Positions 9,888 to 19,732 of a stretch of 64,000 nucleotides of DNA are shown here, one piece after another. This stretch comes from Myxococcota bacterium. Its GTDB lineage: Bacteria; Myxococcota_A; UBA9160; UBA4427. The notes beneath the pieces were generated by a model. That model saw only the letters and a list, made by a program, of their open reading frames with translations. It was not told the DNA's origin and ran no database searches. The first letter of the stretch is position 1. Every line of letters begins with the position of its first letter. The stretch spans positions 5,760,001 to 5,824,000 of the forward strand of contig OZ252299.1 in NCBI GenBank assembly GCA_965250285.1, read 5' to 3'. Both the position numbers and the translations under genes were made by a program.

Positions 9888-10364
9888 CTAGTATCCCCGC
9901 GATTCGAGGAGCCCCACCTTCGCCTCGAGTTCCGAAGTCAAATCGTTGTTACCGACGGCCGTCACGTTCATCGGGTAGACCATGAAGCCGAACTGGCCGA
10001 TCTCGTAGCCGTCGGGGACGCCACCGCTCTCGCCGTCGCTCAGAGGCTGGGCCACCGCGTCGGCGCGGCGGCGGCTCTCGACGAGCGTGCCGTCGGCGAG
10101 GTTGAACGAGAACGCGGCGAAGTCGCCCCGCTGGATGCGGCTCACCGCGAGCTGGATGCCTGCATCGGCGGCATAGAGCGAGCGCATGGTGGCTCGCGAC
10201 TGGCCACTCGCGCGCGCCTCCTGCTCGGTGAAGTCGACGGCCGACAGCGCCGAGGCCATCAGCAGGAAGATCATCAGCACGACGGTGATCATCGCGATGC
10301 CGCCCTCGCGCTTGCGATGGGTGGCCGGCGAGCCTTGGTCTGCGGTGTCTCGCGTACGACGCAT
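9888..10364 (-). CDS. pilX: Minor pilin PilX-like
   Basis: Class III signal EGG/IAMITVVL lacking Glu5; YAADAGI motif; lies between pilW and pilY1. Confidence 0.8.
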   Translation of the reverse strand: MRRTRDTADQGSPATHRKREGGIAMITVVLMIFLLMASALSAVDFTEQEARASGQSRATMRSLYAADAGIQLAVSRIQRGDFAAFSFNLADGTLVESRRRADAVAQPLSDGESGGVPDGYEIGQFGFMVYPMNVTAVGNNDLTSELEAKVGLLESRGY

Positions 10365-10367
10365 CGT

Positions 10368-11270
10368 CTACCTCATGTTGCGGAGCAGGGTCTCCGCGCT
10401 CTGCCGTCGGCGCTTGAAGTTGTCGGGCGCGCCGGCGACTCGGTTCGCCACCGCGGTGAAGCCGAGGCCCTGCATGCCGGCCTCGGGGATCTCGGTGCGG
10501 GACGTGATGCTGACCCGTGCGAGCCGCAGCTCGAAGACGTCCTCGCCATTCAGATCGTGAAGCGGGAACTCGGCCGGCTGATCCATCACGCTGTCGCTGT
10601 TCGTGTCGACCCAGTACTCGATCTGCACGTCCTCGACGTTGCTCGAGAGCACGGTGCCGTTGCGCGTCAGGTCGTTGCCGGCGATCTGGTAGAAGACGGC
10701 AGGGGCAATGAACCCATCGGGCGCGTTGATGGCAAAGCCTCCCGGCGTGGTTGGCGAAAACTGGATCGTGCCGCCGGCCACACTGGTGACGACCGCGCAG
10801 TGCGCGTTGTCGCCATCGGCGAGGATGATCCCCGCACCCGCAGCGAAATCGACGTCTCCATCGCTGTCGACGTCGAGGTCCGCCGCGTTGACGTTCACGG
10901 TGCCGGTGCTTCCGGCGAGCGTGGCCGGCACGCCCGTAAAGCGCTGGTTGGCGTTTGCGACGATCGTCGCATCCATCACGGCGGGATCACTCATGCAGAT
11001 CTGGTCGGAGGCGTTCGCGCCCCCGTCCACGCTCGCGAGGCCCGACTGAACGGGCAGCATGAAACCGGCCATCCGCAGATCTGCGACCATCAGATCGGTG
11101 ATCAAGCGGCCTTCGTGCTGGGCCTCGACCACGCGCTCATGATTCAGCTGCGTCGTGTGCTGCTCGGTGTAGGCGACCATGACCCAGCCGATGACGACGG
11201 CGAGCACCGTCATCGAGATCAGCAGCTCGGTAATCGTCATACCGCTTTGACGTCGTCCGTGCGTCTGCAT
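10368..11270 (-). CDS. pilW: Minor pilin PilW-like
   Basis: QSG/MTITELLISM prepilin motif, DLRMAGF, NVEDVQIEY; ATG overlaps the pilV stop (TGATG). Confidence 0.85.
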   Translation of the reverse strand: MQTHGRRQSGMTITELLISMTVLAVVIGWVMVAYTEQHTTQLNHERVVEAQHEGRLITDLMVADLRMAGFMLPVQSGLASVDGGANASDQICMSDPAVMDATIVANANQRFTGVPATLAGSTGTVNVNAADLDVDSDGDVDFAAGAGIILADGDNAHCAVVTSVAGGTIQFSPTTPGGFAINAPDGFIAPAVFYQIAGNDLTRNGTVLSSNVEDVQIEYWVDTNSDSVMDQPAEFPLHDLNGEDVFELRLARVSITSRTEIPEAGMQGLGFTAVANRVAGAPDNFKRRRQSAETLLRNMR

Positions 11271-11734
11271 CAGAACTCCGACTTCAGGCTCTCGAGGTTC
11301 ACGGTGCGTACGCTGCCCGTGTTCGACGAGGCCCAGGAGACCTGGACGAGCACGCGGAACACGCCGTTGACCGGGTTGTCCCGCGTGACGGTCCACGTCC
11401 GCGTGTACTGCCGAGCGCTCCCGTCGTTCGGGTCGGGATCGATCGGGTTGTTCGGGTCGTTGACGACGCCGCCGTTCGGGAACGCTCCGATCGTCACGCC
11501 TGACATCGCCTGGAGCGATTCCATCTGCTGCTGCGCCAGGTACTGGGCCTCCATGCGATACTGCGAGTCGCTCGAGAAGCGCAGAGCCGACAGCTGGGCC
11601 GAGGCGCCGGCGAGCAGGCCGAACGCGAGGATCGTCAGCGCGATCGTCACTTCCATCAGCGACACGCCGCCGCTTCGCTTCGCATCTTCGCGACGCGCGT
11701 CGCGCGCGTGGTTGTTCGATCCAAGACCCCTCAT
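11270..11734 (-). CDS. pilV: Minor pilin PilV-like
   Basis: GG/VSLMEVTIALTILAFGLL, LAQQQME, YTRTWTV, VQVSW. Confidence 0.85.
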   Translation of the reverse strand: MRGLGSNNHARDARREDAKRSGGVSLMEVTIALTILAFGLLAGASAQLSALRFSSDSQYRMEAQYLAQQQMESLQAMSGVTIGAFPNGGVVNDPNNPIDPDPNDGSARQYTRTWTVTRDNPVNGVFRVLVQVSWASSNTGSVRTVNLESLKSEF

Positions 11735-11735
11735 G

Positions 11736-12422
11736 TCACTCCCATTCCCCGGCCACGTGGTTGAAGCTCATGACCTTGGTCGTCCCCATCGGGCTGAGCG
11801 AAATGGCAAAGACGCGGTCGTCGCTCTTCATGTAGAACGTTCCGGCTCCGCTCCCGGGTTCGCCGAGGTTGCAGTTGGCGTCGAACGCCATCGGCATGCC
11901 CTCGGGTCGAAACATCACGTACGTCACGCCGTTGCCGGCCGGATCGACGAACGTCGACCCCGTCGCGCTCGGGTCACCCGTCCCTTCGTCGGTCGGGGGC
12001 GGCGCCATGCCGGCGGGCAGGTCGCTCATCATGGCGATCTGCTTCATCTGGTTCTGGCCGATCTCGAGGGTGGTCTCGCCCGGGTCGATCCGGCAGTTCT
12101 GATTGGCCGAACCGGGCGCGCCGTCGTTCACGATGAGGACCGGGATGGGCTCGCCGTTCGGAGCGACGAGGGGGTTGCCCTCGGCGTCCTCGCCGACGAA
12201 GAAGAGGTGGACGTCGCCCGTTCGCATCGCCTCACCGCGCGCGGTGACCAGGCCACCGTCCATCGCCATCGCGGTGTCGCGCAGCTCGCCGTTCTCGCCC
12301 GCGCGGTTCAGGGTCGGGACGGCAATGACGAGGGCCACCGCGAGGATCGCCATGGTGATCCCCACCTCGGTGAGCGAGTAACCCGCTCGTCTCTTATCCG
12401 TCTGCATCGTGTCGCTCGACAT
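11736..12422 (-). CDS. fimT: Minor pilin FimT/FimU-like
   Basis: AG/YSLTEVGITMAIL prepilin motif, ARGEAMR, VMFRPEG; GAAGGA upstream of ATG 12422 (alternative starts 12449 or 12407). Confidence 0.82.
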   Translation of the reverse strand: MSSDTMQTDKRRAGYSLTEVGITMAILAVALVIAVPTLNRAGENGELRDTAMAMDGGLVTARGEAMRTGDVHLFFVGEDAEGNPLVAPNGEPIPVLIVNDGAPGSANQNCRIDPGETTLEIGQNQMKQIAMMSDLPAGMAPPPTDEGTGDPSATGSTFVDPAGNGVTYVMFRPEGMPMAFDANCNLGEPGSGAGTFYMKSDDRVFAISLSPMGTTKVMSFNHVAGEWE

Positions 12423-12583
12423 CGATCGAATCCTTCGTGTGCGCTCCATGCGCTACGCGCGACGAATCGGGTCTCTCCCCGCAGTGACGGGGAGCCACTC
12501 GACGCATCGCACGCATGGATCGCCGCTATCCCCAATCGGGCCCGACACGAGGGCGCTTGAGGGTTTTTCCCAGGCTTTTCAGG

Positions 12584-12598
12584 GCATTGGGAGTGCCA
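12584..12598 (-). promoter_or_regulatory. Candidate sigma-54 (-24/-12) promoter of the minor pilin operon
   Basis: Minus strand TGGCAC-TCCCA-ATGC with exact GG-N10-GC spacing, about 160 bp upstream of fimT. Confidence 0.6.
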
Positions 12599-12891
12599 AC
12601 GCCGGCGCGGTCCGAGCCGAACCGGTCGCTTCCCGGGCGCCTCGGCGATCACTTGCGCGCGCGGGCAGGTGCAGCCGAAGCGCGGCACTGAGGTGGGGCC
12701 CTCACACTCTCGTCACAGGATTGCGTCGTCGCCGGAACGGCCGCATGCGTCGGGGGCCCTTCCTCGGCGCTTCGGTATTGCTGCCCGAATGAGGTAAAGT
12801 GGGTGCTTCCCGCCCGGCGCCCCGGCGTAACGACACGTGCGCGACGATCACATCCAGTCGTGATCGGCAGCGGCACGCAGGTGTGACGGAC

Positions 12892-14088
12892 ATGTCCTCT
12901 GCCCCTCGAAGTCGACGATCGATCTTCGTCTTCACCGCCGTCGCGGCTGTCGTGTTGGCACTCGGCGTGGCGCTGCGCATGACTGCGCCCGCACCCGAGG
13001 CCAGCGACAACGCGGTCTCGGCGGCGGGGCGTGTCGGCGAGCGACCATCGGTGGTGGTCGATGGCACCGAGGTGCGCTCGATCCCGTCTCGCCATGAGGT
13101 CGAGATCTCGACGACGCTGCAGGCGCGCCGCGAGGTGGTGATCGGGGCCGAGGTCTCGGGTCGCGTCACCGAGCTGGCCGTCGAAGAGAATCAGCGGGTC
13201 GAGGCCGGAGATCCGCTCGTGCGGCTCGACCCGGCGCTCGCCCAGGCCGCGGTCGAGCGCGCCCGGGCCGCGCTCGGCAGCGCGCGCGCCGTCGCCGACC
13301 TCGGTCGCGCGCTCCACGAGCGTCAGAAAGAGCTGGCCCAGCAGGGCGTCGGCAGCCGCACCGAGTTCGACCAGACGCTGAGCGAGGCGACTCGAAGCGC
13401 AGCAGCCGTCGCTGAAGCCCGCGCCGCGCTCCTCGAGGCCGAGACCCTGCTCGACAAGACGGTGATTCGCGCGCCCTTCGCGGGCGTGGTGACCGAGTTC
13501 GAGCTCGAGCCGGGCGCGTATGTGCGCACGGGCGACGCCGTGGCCGAAATGGCCGATCTGGCCGAGATCGAGATCGACGTCGGCGTCGATGACCGACAGA
13601 TCATCGCCCTCGACGAGTCGAGTCCGGTGCGTGTCGCCGCCGACGCGATCCCCGGCGAATGGTTCGAAGGACGCATCGCCAGCCTCGGGCGCGTACCCGA
13701 GGCGGTCTCGCAGAAGTACCGGGTGCCGGTGCGGGTCGAGAATGCCGACATGCGGCTCCTGCCCGGCATGCTGGGGCGCGTGCGCGTGACGCTCGGCGAC
13801 GAGTCACCGACGATCCGCATTCCGCGACGCGCGGTCCGCAGCGAGTACGAGCTCGACTTCGTGTGGGTGCTCGAGGAGGCCGCCGAGACCGATGCCGGCG
13901 AGACGATCGCCACGGCCACCCGTCGCCGCGTGCGCGCGAGGCAGGTGCCGTTTCGTCCCGATCTGGTCGACGTGAGCGGGGGCCTCGAAGAGGGCGACGT
14001 GGTGGCGACTTCGAACCTGCGCGAGCTCTCCGAAGGTCTCAAGGTTCGCGTCACGCCGCGGGAAGGCAGCGAGGTCGCGCTGCCTTAG
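12892..14088 (+). CDS. RND efflux periplasmic adaptor (membrane fusion protein)
   Basis: N-terminal TM; AEVSGRV..VEAGDPLVRLD; IRAPFAGVV; LLPGM. Confidence 0.92.
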   Translation: MSSAPRSRRSIFVFTAVAAVVLALGVALRMTAPAPEASDNAVSAAGRVGERPSVVVDGTEVRSIPSRHEVEISTTLQARREVVIGAEVSGRVTELAVEENQRVEAGDPLVRLDPALAQAAVERARAALGSARAVADLGRALHERQKELAQQGVGSRTEFDQTLSEATRSAAAVAEARAALLEAETLLDKTVIRAPFAGVVTEFELEPGAYVRTGDAVAEMADLAEIEIDVGVDDRQIIALDESSPVRVAADAIPGEWFEGRIASLGRVPEAVSQKYRVPVRVENADMRLLPGMLGRVRVTLGDESPTIRIPRRAVRSEYELDFVWVLEEAAETDAGETIATATRRRVRARQVPFRPDLVDVSGGLEEGDVVATSNLRELSEGLKVRVTPREGSEVALP

Positions 14089-14151
14089 GGCGGCGCGCAC
14101 CGGGGTTCGAGCCGGCGGCCCGAGGCCGCCCGATCTGGAGGCGGCAGGTTC

Positions 14152-17100
14152 GTGACGCTCCCCGAGTTCAGTGTCCGCCAGACCGTGCTCGTCAACGTGC
14201 TGTTCTTCGTCTGCGTGCTGGGCGGGCTCGCCGCCTTCAGCCGCATCCCGGTCGAGTACTACCCGGACGTCGCGCTCAACAGCCTCGGCATCGAGACCGT
14301 CTGGCTCGGTGCGTCGGCCGAAGAGGTCGAGCGGCTCGTCACGCAGCGCATCGAGGAAGAGCTCGCGACGGTCGAGAACATCAAGGAGATGCGCTCGACG
14401 TCTCGTGCCGACTCGAGCTCGATCCTGATCGATTTCGACGAGACGCTCACCGACGAAGAGTTCGAGTCGTCGGTCAACGACGTCCGTGCGGCGCTCGATC
14501 GCGTCGTCGATCTGCCGAGTGATGCCGAGGAGCCCTACCTCTTCGAGATCAAGGCCACCGTACCCGTGGCCTTCGTCGCGATCACCGACGAGGGCGACGT
14601 CGGCCTGGTGGCACTGCGCGAGGTGGCGAGGCAGGTGCAGCGCGAGCTCGCGAAGCTGCCGGGCGTGCAGCGCGTCGATGTGCGAGGGGAGCGCGACCGC
14701 GAGCTACGCGTGTTCGTCGATCGCCGGGCGGCGGCCCGCTATGGGCTGACGGTGCCCGAGATCACCGAGCGGATCCGTCGCCGCAACCTCAACCTGCCCG
14801 CTGGCACGTTCAGCAGCCAGGCCGGCGAGGCGACCGTCCGCGCCCAGGGTGACTACGCCGACGTCCCCGAGATCCTCGACACGGTCGTGGCCGAGAACGA
14901 CGGCGGGACGCTGGTGCGGCTGCGCGAGGTCGCCACCGTCGAGTCGGGCCTCGAGAAGGCGCGCGTCACGACGTACTACAACGGGAGCCCGGCCTGGCTG
15001 CTCGAGATCCAGAAGAAGGAGGACGTCGACGCGCTCGAGATGGTGCGGCGGGTGGATGGCTGGATGGAGGAGAAGCGCGCCGAGATCCCGCCTGGCATCG
15101 GCCTTCACAAGACGCTCGACAGCGCCGACTTCATCCGGCCGCGCATGCGGGTGCTCGTCGACAATCTGCTGGCGGGCGTCGTGCTCGTGATCGCGATCCT
15201 CTGGTTCACGATCGGTTTTCGCAACGCCGTGCTCACGAGCATCGCGATCCCGTTCAGCTTCCTGACCGCGATGATCTTCTTTCCGGCGCTCGGGATCAGC
15301 ATCAATGCGACGACCCTGATGGGCATGCTGCTCGTCTCGGGCATGCTCGTCGACGACGCCATCATCGTGCTCGAGAACATCTATCGGCGCGTCGAGGACG
15401 GCGAGCCGCTGCGCGCGGCGGTGCTGAACGGTGCGAACGAGGTGATGTGGCCGGTCATCTGTGCCGTGACGACCACCATCGCGGCCTTCGCTCCGCTGCT
15501 GCTCGTCGAGGGCACGCCGGGCAAGTTCGTATCGATCCTGCCGAAGGCGGTCGTCGTCTGTCTCATCGCATCGCTCTTCGAGTGCCTGATCATCCTGCCG
15601 GCGCACTACCTCGACTTCGGCAGCCGAAAGGGCGCACAGGCCCCGTCGGGCGAGCAGCCAGAAGGGGCCTTCGCCCTCTTCTCGCACCGCGTCTCGGGCA
15701 TGCGCGCAGCGACCGATCGGGCGATCGACGCCGGGCGCAATCTCTACTCGCGTGCGCTCGCGCCGATGCTCGAGTTTCGCTGGCGCTTCGCCATTGGTCT
15801 CGCTCTCCTGATCTTCTTGACCAGCTCGCTGGCGCAGCATCTCGACACCGTGCTCTTTCCGGGCGAGTACGACACGCTCAACGTGCTCCTCGAGACGCCG
15901 CCCGACTACAGCCTCGAACAGACGGCCGAAGTCAGCGAGCGCATCCAGGAACCGCTCATCGAATACGTCGGCGATACCGTGAAGGATGTCTCGTTTCTCG
16001 TCGGGACGAGCGTCGACTCGAACTACGACCGGCTCGCTGGCCCGAATCTCGCGATGGGGTTCGTCATCATGGACTCGTCCTCGGGCGCGCTCGAAGACGC
16101 CGAGCAGGCCTTTCTCGACATGAACGACGACCTGATGGCGTGGCGCGAGCGCAACCCCGATGGCATCAGTGAGCTCAGGCTGGCACCCCAGCAGGATGGT
16201 CCGCCAATCGGGCCGCCGGTCGAAGCTCGAATCGAGAGCGCCGACTATCGCGTGGGCAAGGCGGTGGCTGCCGAGATGAAGGCCTACCTGCATAGCCTGC
16301 CCGGCGTGCTGAGCATCGAGGACAATCTGCGGCTCGGCCCCCAGGAGGCGCGTGTGCGCCTCGACGAAGCGCGTGCGGCCCGCTACGGCGTGGGCTTCGA
16401 GCACGTCGCGCGGGCCCTGCGAGGTGCGAACGACGGTCTGATCGCTTCGAGCTTCCGAAGCACCGAGATCGACGAAGACATCGACATTCGTGTGATGCTC
16501 GACGAGCGTTACCGCCAGAGTCTCGGCGATCTGCTCGACACCGAGCTGCGTGCACCGACCGGGGCCCTCGTCAAGCTCCGCGACGTCGCCGACGTCGAGC
16601 TGACCCGAGGCTTCCTTTCTTTTCGGCGCTACGACGAGAAGCGCACGGTCAGCGTGTACGCCGACGTCGATACGAACGTCACGACCTCGATCGACGTCAA
16701 CAAGGCGCTGCAGGCGAGATTCGCGGATGTCGCGTCACGGTTCCCCGGTGTGAACATTCGCTACGGCGGCGAGTTCGCAGAGGCCAACGAAGCCTTCGCT
16801 TCGCTCGGGGCGGTCTTTCCGGTCGCCTTTCTCGCGATCTACATGATTCTCGCGGCGCTCTTCCGCAGCTACCTGCAGCCGCTCGTCGTTACGGCCGCGA
16901 TCCCCTTTGCGTTCATGGGGGTCATCTTCGGCGTCGCGCTGCTCGACTACGACGTGAGCTTCATTCTCATGTACGCCACGATCGGACTCACCGGCGTCGT
17001 CGTCAACGATTCGCTGGTCATGGTCGACTTCATCAACCGCGCGCGCGACGAGGGCATGCCCCTGCGCCAGGCCGTGCGCGAGAGCGGAGCGCGCCGATTC

Positions 17101-17361
17101 AGGCCGATCTTGCTCACGACGCTCACGACCGTCATGGCGCTGCTGCCGATGGCCTTCGGGCTACAGGGCGCGTCGAACACCTATGGACCCTTCGCGGCCG
17201 CGATCTCGTTCGGTCTGATCTTCGCGATGATGGGCACGCTCTTCGCCGTGCCCGTCGCGTACACGGTGATCATCGACGTCCAGGATTCGATCGCTGCTCG
17301 CTGGGCACGCCTGCGAGGCCGCGCGGCGCCCGACGGCGTCACTGCGACCGAGCGGGGGTAG
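14152..17361 (+). CDS. RND efflux permease (AcrB/AcrD/AcrF family)
   Basis: 1069 aa; GMLVDDAIIVLENI, GVVVNDSLVMVD, RFRPILLTTLTT. Confidence 0.95.
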   Translation: MTLPEFSVRQTVLVNVLFFVCVLGGLAAFSRIPVEYYPDVALNSLGIETVWLGASAEEVERLVTQRIEEELATVENIKEMRSTSRADSSSILIDFDETLTDEEFESSVNDVRAALDRVVDLPSDAEEPYLFEIKATVPVAFVAITDEGDVGLVALREVARQVQRELAKLPGVQRVDVRGERDRELRVFVDRRAAARYGLTVPEITERIRRRNLNLPAGTFSSQAGEATVRAQGDYADVPEILDTVVAENDGGTLVRLREVATVESGLEKARVTTYYNGSPAWLLEIQKKEDVDALEMVRRVDGWMEEKRAEIPPGIGLHKTLDSADFIRPRMRVLVDNLLAGVVLVIAILWFTIGFRNAVLTSIAIPFSFLTAMIFFPALGISINATTLMGMLLVSGMLVDDAIIVLENIYRRVEDGEPLRAAVLNGANEVMWPVICAVTTTIAAFAPLLLVEGTPGKFVSILPKAVVVCLIASLFECLIILPAHYLDFGSRKGAQAPSGEQPEGAFALFSHRVSGMRAATDRAIDAGRNLYSRALAPMLEFRWRFAIGLALLIFLTSSLAQHLDTVLFPGEYDTLNVLLETPPDYSLEQTAEVSERIQEPLIEYVGDTVKDVSFLVGTSVDSNYDRLAGPNLAMGFVIMDSSSGALEDAEQAFLDMNDDLMAWRERNPDGISELRLAPQQDGPPIGPPVEARIESADYRVGKAVAAEMKAYLHSLPGVLSIEDNLRLGPQEARVRLDEARAARYGVGFEHVARALRGANDGLIASSFRSTEIDEDIDIRVMLDERYRQSLGDLLDTELRAPTGALVKLRDVADVELTRGFLSFRRYDEKRTVSVYADVDTNVTTSIDVNKALQARFADVASRFPGVNIRYGGEFAEANEAFASLGAVFPVAFLAIYMILAALFRSYLQPLVVTAAIPFAFMGVIFGVALLDYDVSFILMYATIGLTGVVVNDSLVMVDFINRARDEGMPLRQAVRESGARRFRPILLTTLTTVMALLPMAFGLQGASNTYGPFAAAISFGLIFAMMGTLFAVPVAYTVIIDVQDSIAARWARLRGRAAPDGVTATERG

Positions 17362-17398
17362 CGAACGCGGTGCACTCCGCGTGGCACCGTTGCGACCG

Positions 17399-18187
17399 TC
17401 AGAGCTTCGAGCGGGGCATGTCGAAGTTGAGGGCGACCAGCCCGCCGTTCACACCGTAGATCTCGCCGGTCACGTAGCTGCTCGCGGGCGACGCGAGAAA
17501 GAGCGCACACGCGGCGATGTCCTCGACCTGGCCGAGGCGCGCGAGCGGCGTCTTGTCGATCATGATCTGTCGCGTCCGGTCGTCGAGGATGGTGCCGAGC
17601 GCCTCGGTCTCGACCGATCCGACCGCGATCGCGTTGACCCGCACCTTGGGCGCGAAATCCTGGGCCAGCTCCTGGGTCATGAAAGAGAGCGCCGCTTTCG
17701 CGGTGCCGTAGGCGACGAAGCCCGGCGAATTGTGACGGCCCGCCACTGAAGAGATGTTGACCACGGCGCCGCCGCCCGCGCTCTCGGCCATCTTCGGGAC
17801 CACGAGGCGCGTCAGCTCGAATGCCGAGGTGACGTTGAAGCGGAAGGCGGTCTCGAACTCTTTCTCGCTCGTGTGCAGCGCATCCTTCGGTGGCCAGCCG
17901 CCGGCGTTGTTCACGAGCACGTCGATGCGACCGAACTTCTGCATCGTGGCTTCGACCAACGCCTCGAGCTGGCCGTGCTTCGTCACGTCGCACGAGATGG
18001 CGAGGCCCTGGCGGCCACGCGCTTCGATCTCGCGCAGCGTGTCGTCGATCTGATCCTGGCTTCGAGCGCAGACGACGACGTCGGCGCCGGCGTCGGCGTA
18101 GGCGAGGGCGATGGCGCGACCGATCCCGCGGCCGCCTCCGGTCACGACGGCGACCTTGTCGTCGAGTCTGAAGCGATCGAGGATCAT
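17399..18187 (-). CDS. Short-chain dehydrogenase/reductase (hydroxysteroid dehydrogenase-like)
   Basis: TGGGRGIG, NNAG, YGTAK; AAGGAG RBS. Confidence 0.93.
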   Translation of the reverse strand: MILDRFRLDDKVAVVTGGGRGIGRAIALAYADAGADVVVCARSQDQIDDTLREIEARGRQGLAISCDVTKHGQLEALVEATMQKFGRIDVLVNNAGGWPPKDALHTSEKEFETAFRFNVTSAFELTRLVVPKMAESAGGGAVVNISSVAGRHNSPGFVAYGTAKAALSFMTQELAQDFAPKVRVNAIAVGSVETEALGTILDDRTRQIMIDKTPLARLGQVEDIAACALFLASPASSYVTGEIYGVNGGLVALNFDMPRSKL

Positions 18188-18333
18188 GTGAGGGCTCCTT
18201 TGAGACCGCTTGCTCGGCGGGCGAATGGGGTCGGCCGAGTATAGTCTCGCTCGCTGCGAGAACGGCAGTCGAATCGGAGCGTCGGGCCAGGGGGACCTGC
18301 TTGCTGCGGGGCCTGCGCCAGGGAGATGCAAGC

Positions 18334-18960
18334 GTGTCCGGAACGGATGCTCGACGGGGTGGGGGTGAAGCGGGGGGCGCCCCCGGGCGCACGTGCGGTG
18401 CGTGCAGCCTCTGCTGCATCGCCCTGCGCGTCGACGAGCTGGGGAAGCTCGCCGGCGAGCCGTGTCCGAAGCTCGCTCCGGAAGGCGGATGTTCGATTCA
18501 CGCGACGCGGCCGGCCGTCTGCCGCGAGTATCACTGCCACTGGCTCGAGGGGGGGCTCGAGGCCGACGACCGGCCCGATCAGCTGGGCGCGATCGTCGAC
18601 TTCGCGCCGGGTGGGCTCTCGTTGCACCTCGCCATCGTAGAAGCGTCGCCCGGGGCCTTCGATGCGTCGCCGAGGCTGCGGGCCATCGCCGACGCGCACC
18701 GCGAGGCGGTCGACGTGCGCGTGACCGACACGCGGGACGTGCTCGACCCGGACCGACCGGTTCGGGTGCTGCAGGCCGGAGGGCGGGAGCTGTTGCTCGA
18801 GGGCGATCGTGTTCGCACCTTCGCAGCGGGCGAGCTCGTGTCGGACGAACGCCTCCCCCTCGTCGAGCGCGTCGTGCGCCGCTGGCAGCAGCGAATTCAG
18901 CGCTGGCGTTGGGACGCGCGCGCGGCCTCACGCCGCAAGGCCCTCGAGCGGCGCTCGTAG
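18334..18960 (+). CDS. YkgJ-like CxxCxxCC cysteine-cluster protein
   Basis: CGACSLCC..C..GCSIHATRPAVCREYHC; GTG start after AGGGAG. Confidence 0.75.
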   Translation: MSGTDARRGGGEAGGAPGRTCGACSLCCIALRVDELGKLAGEPCPKLAPEGGCSIHATRPAVCREYHCHWLEGGLEADDRPDQLGAIVDFAPGGLSLHLAIVEASPGAFDASPRLRAIADAHREAVDVRVTDTRDVLDPDRPVRVLQAGGRELLLEGDRVRTFAAGELVSDERLPLVERVVRRWQQRIQRWRWDARAASRRKALERRS

Positions 18961-18996
18961 TGCCCGCGCGGCGTTCGTGATGCCGGAGCGACGTTC

Positions 18997-19638
18997 GTGA
19001 CCCCGCGGCCCGAGCCGCCCTTCGCCGCGCGCCCCTTCGGTCGTGCGCTCGCGCTGCAGACGCCACCGCTCGTGCCCGAGCTTCGGCTCTGGCTGCTCGC
19101 CGAAGAGGTCGACCTCGAGGTCGCCTGCGCACCCTTCGACGACGACCACGCGCCGCCCTATTGGGCGTTCTGCTGGGGAGGCGGGCAGGCCCTGGCTCGG
19201 TGGCTGCTCGATCACCCCGAGCTCGTCCGTGATCGCACGGTCGTCGACCTCGGAACCGGCTCGGGCGTGGCTGCGATCGCGGCTGCGCGGGCGGGGGCTG
19301 CGCACGTCATCGGGGTCGACGTCGATCCCACGGCGCTCGAGGTCACGCGCGCGAACGCGGCCGAGAATGGCGTACAGGTCGACACGGCGGTGAAGCCGCC
19401 CGAGGCATGCGACCTGTTGGTCGCCAGCGACGTGCTCTATGAGGAAGGAGCACGACGGCGGGTGCTCGATCAGCAGCGGGCGCGGGATGGCGTGCTCGTC
19501 GCCGAGCCCGCGCGACCGGGCCTCGCCCCGCCGCCCCATGCGCCCATTCATACGTATGAGGTGCGGACCTTCCCCGACGTCGACTCGCCCACGGTGTCTG
19601 CGAGCGTCTACCGCTTCGCGTCAGGGGGGCCGGGGTAG
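18997..19638 (+). CDS. Class I SAM-dependent methyltransferase (family 16/PrmA-like)
   Basis: PPYWAFCWGGGQALARW, VVDLGTGSG, ASDVLYE. Confidence 0.88.
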   Translation: MTPRPEPPFAARPFGRALALQTPPLVPELRLWLLAEEVDLEVACAPFDDDHAPPYWAFCWGGGQALARWLLDHPELVRDRTVVDLGTGSGVAAIAAARAGAAHVIGVDVDPTALEVTRANAAENGVQVDTAVKPPEACDLLVASDVLYEEGARRRVLDQQRARDGVLVAEPARPGLAPPPHAPIHTYEVRTFPDVDSPTVSASVYRFASGGPG

Positions 19639-19732
19639 CCTCGCTCCTCGAGACGCTTTCGACGTGCTGCCGAAGCTCGAGGTTTCGAGCGATTCGGGAC
19701 AGCGAAGCGTCTCACGGATGCGGTGTGCGGTG

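Noticed and set aside
6700..9891. Long antisense ORFs (e.g. 6700-9891, 26301-29117, 21973-24423, 32145-34451)
   Set aside because: Typical high-GC antisense shadows of well-supported genes.
12450..12580. c-di-GMP riboswitch upstream of the pilus genes
   Set aside because: Only a GATAGCGG-like fragment and one hairpin; the GGCAAA and GCAAAG core elements were not found.
12892..17361. RND pump lacking an outer-membrane factor as a novel system
   Set aside because: RND operons commonly use an unlinked TolC-like channel.
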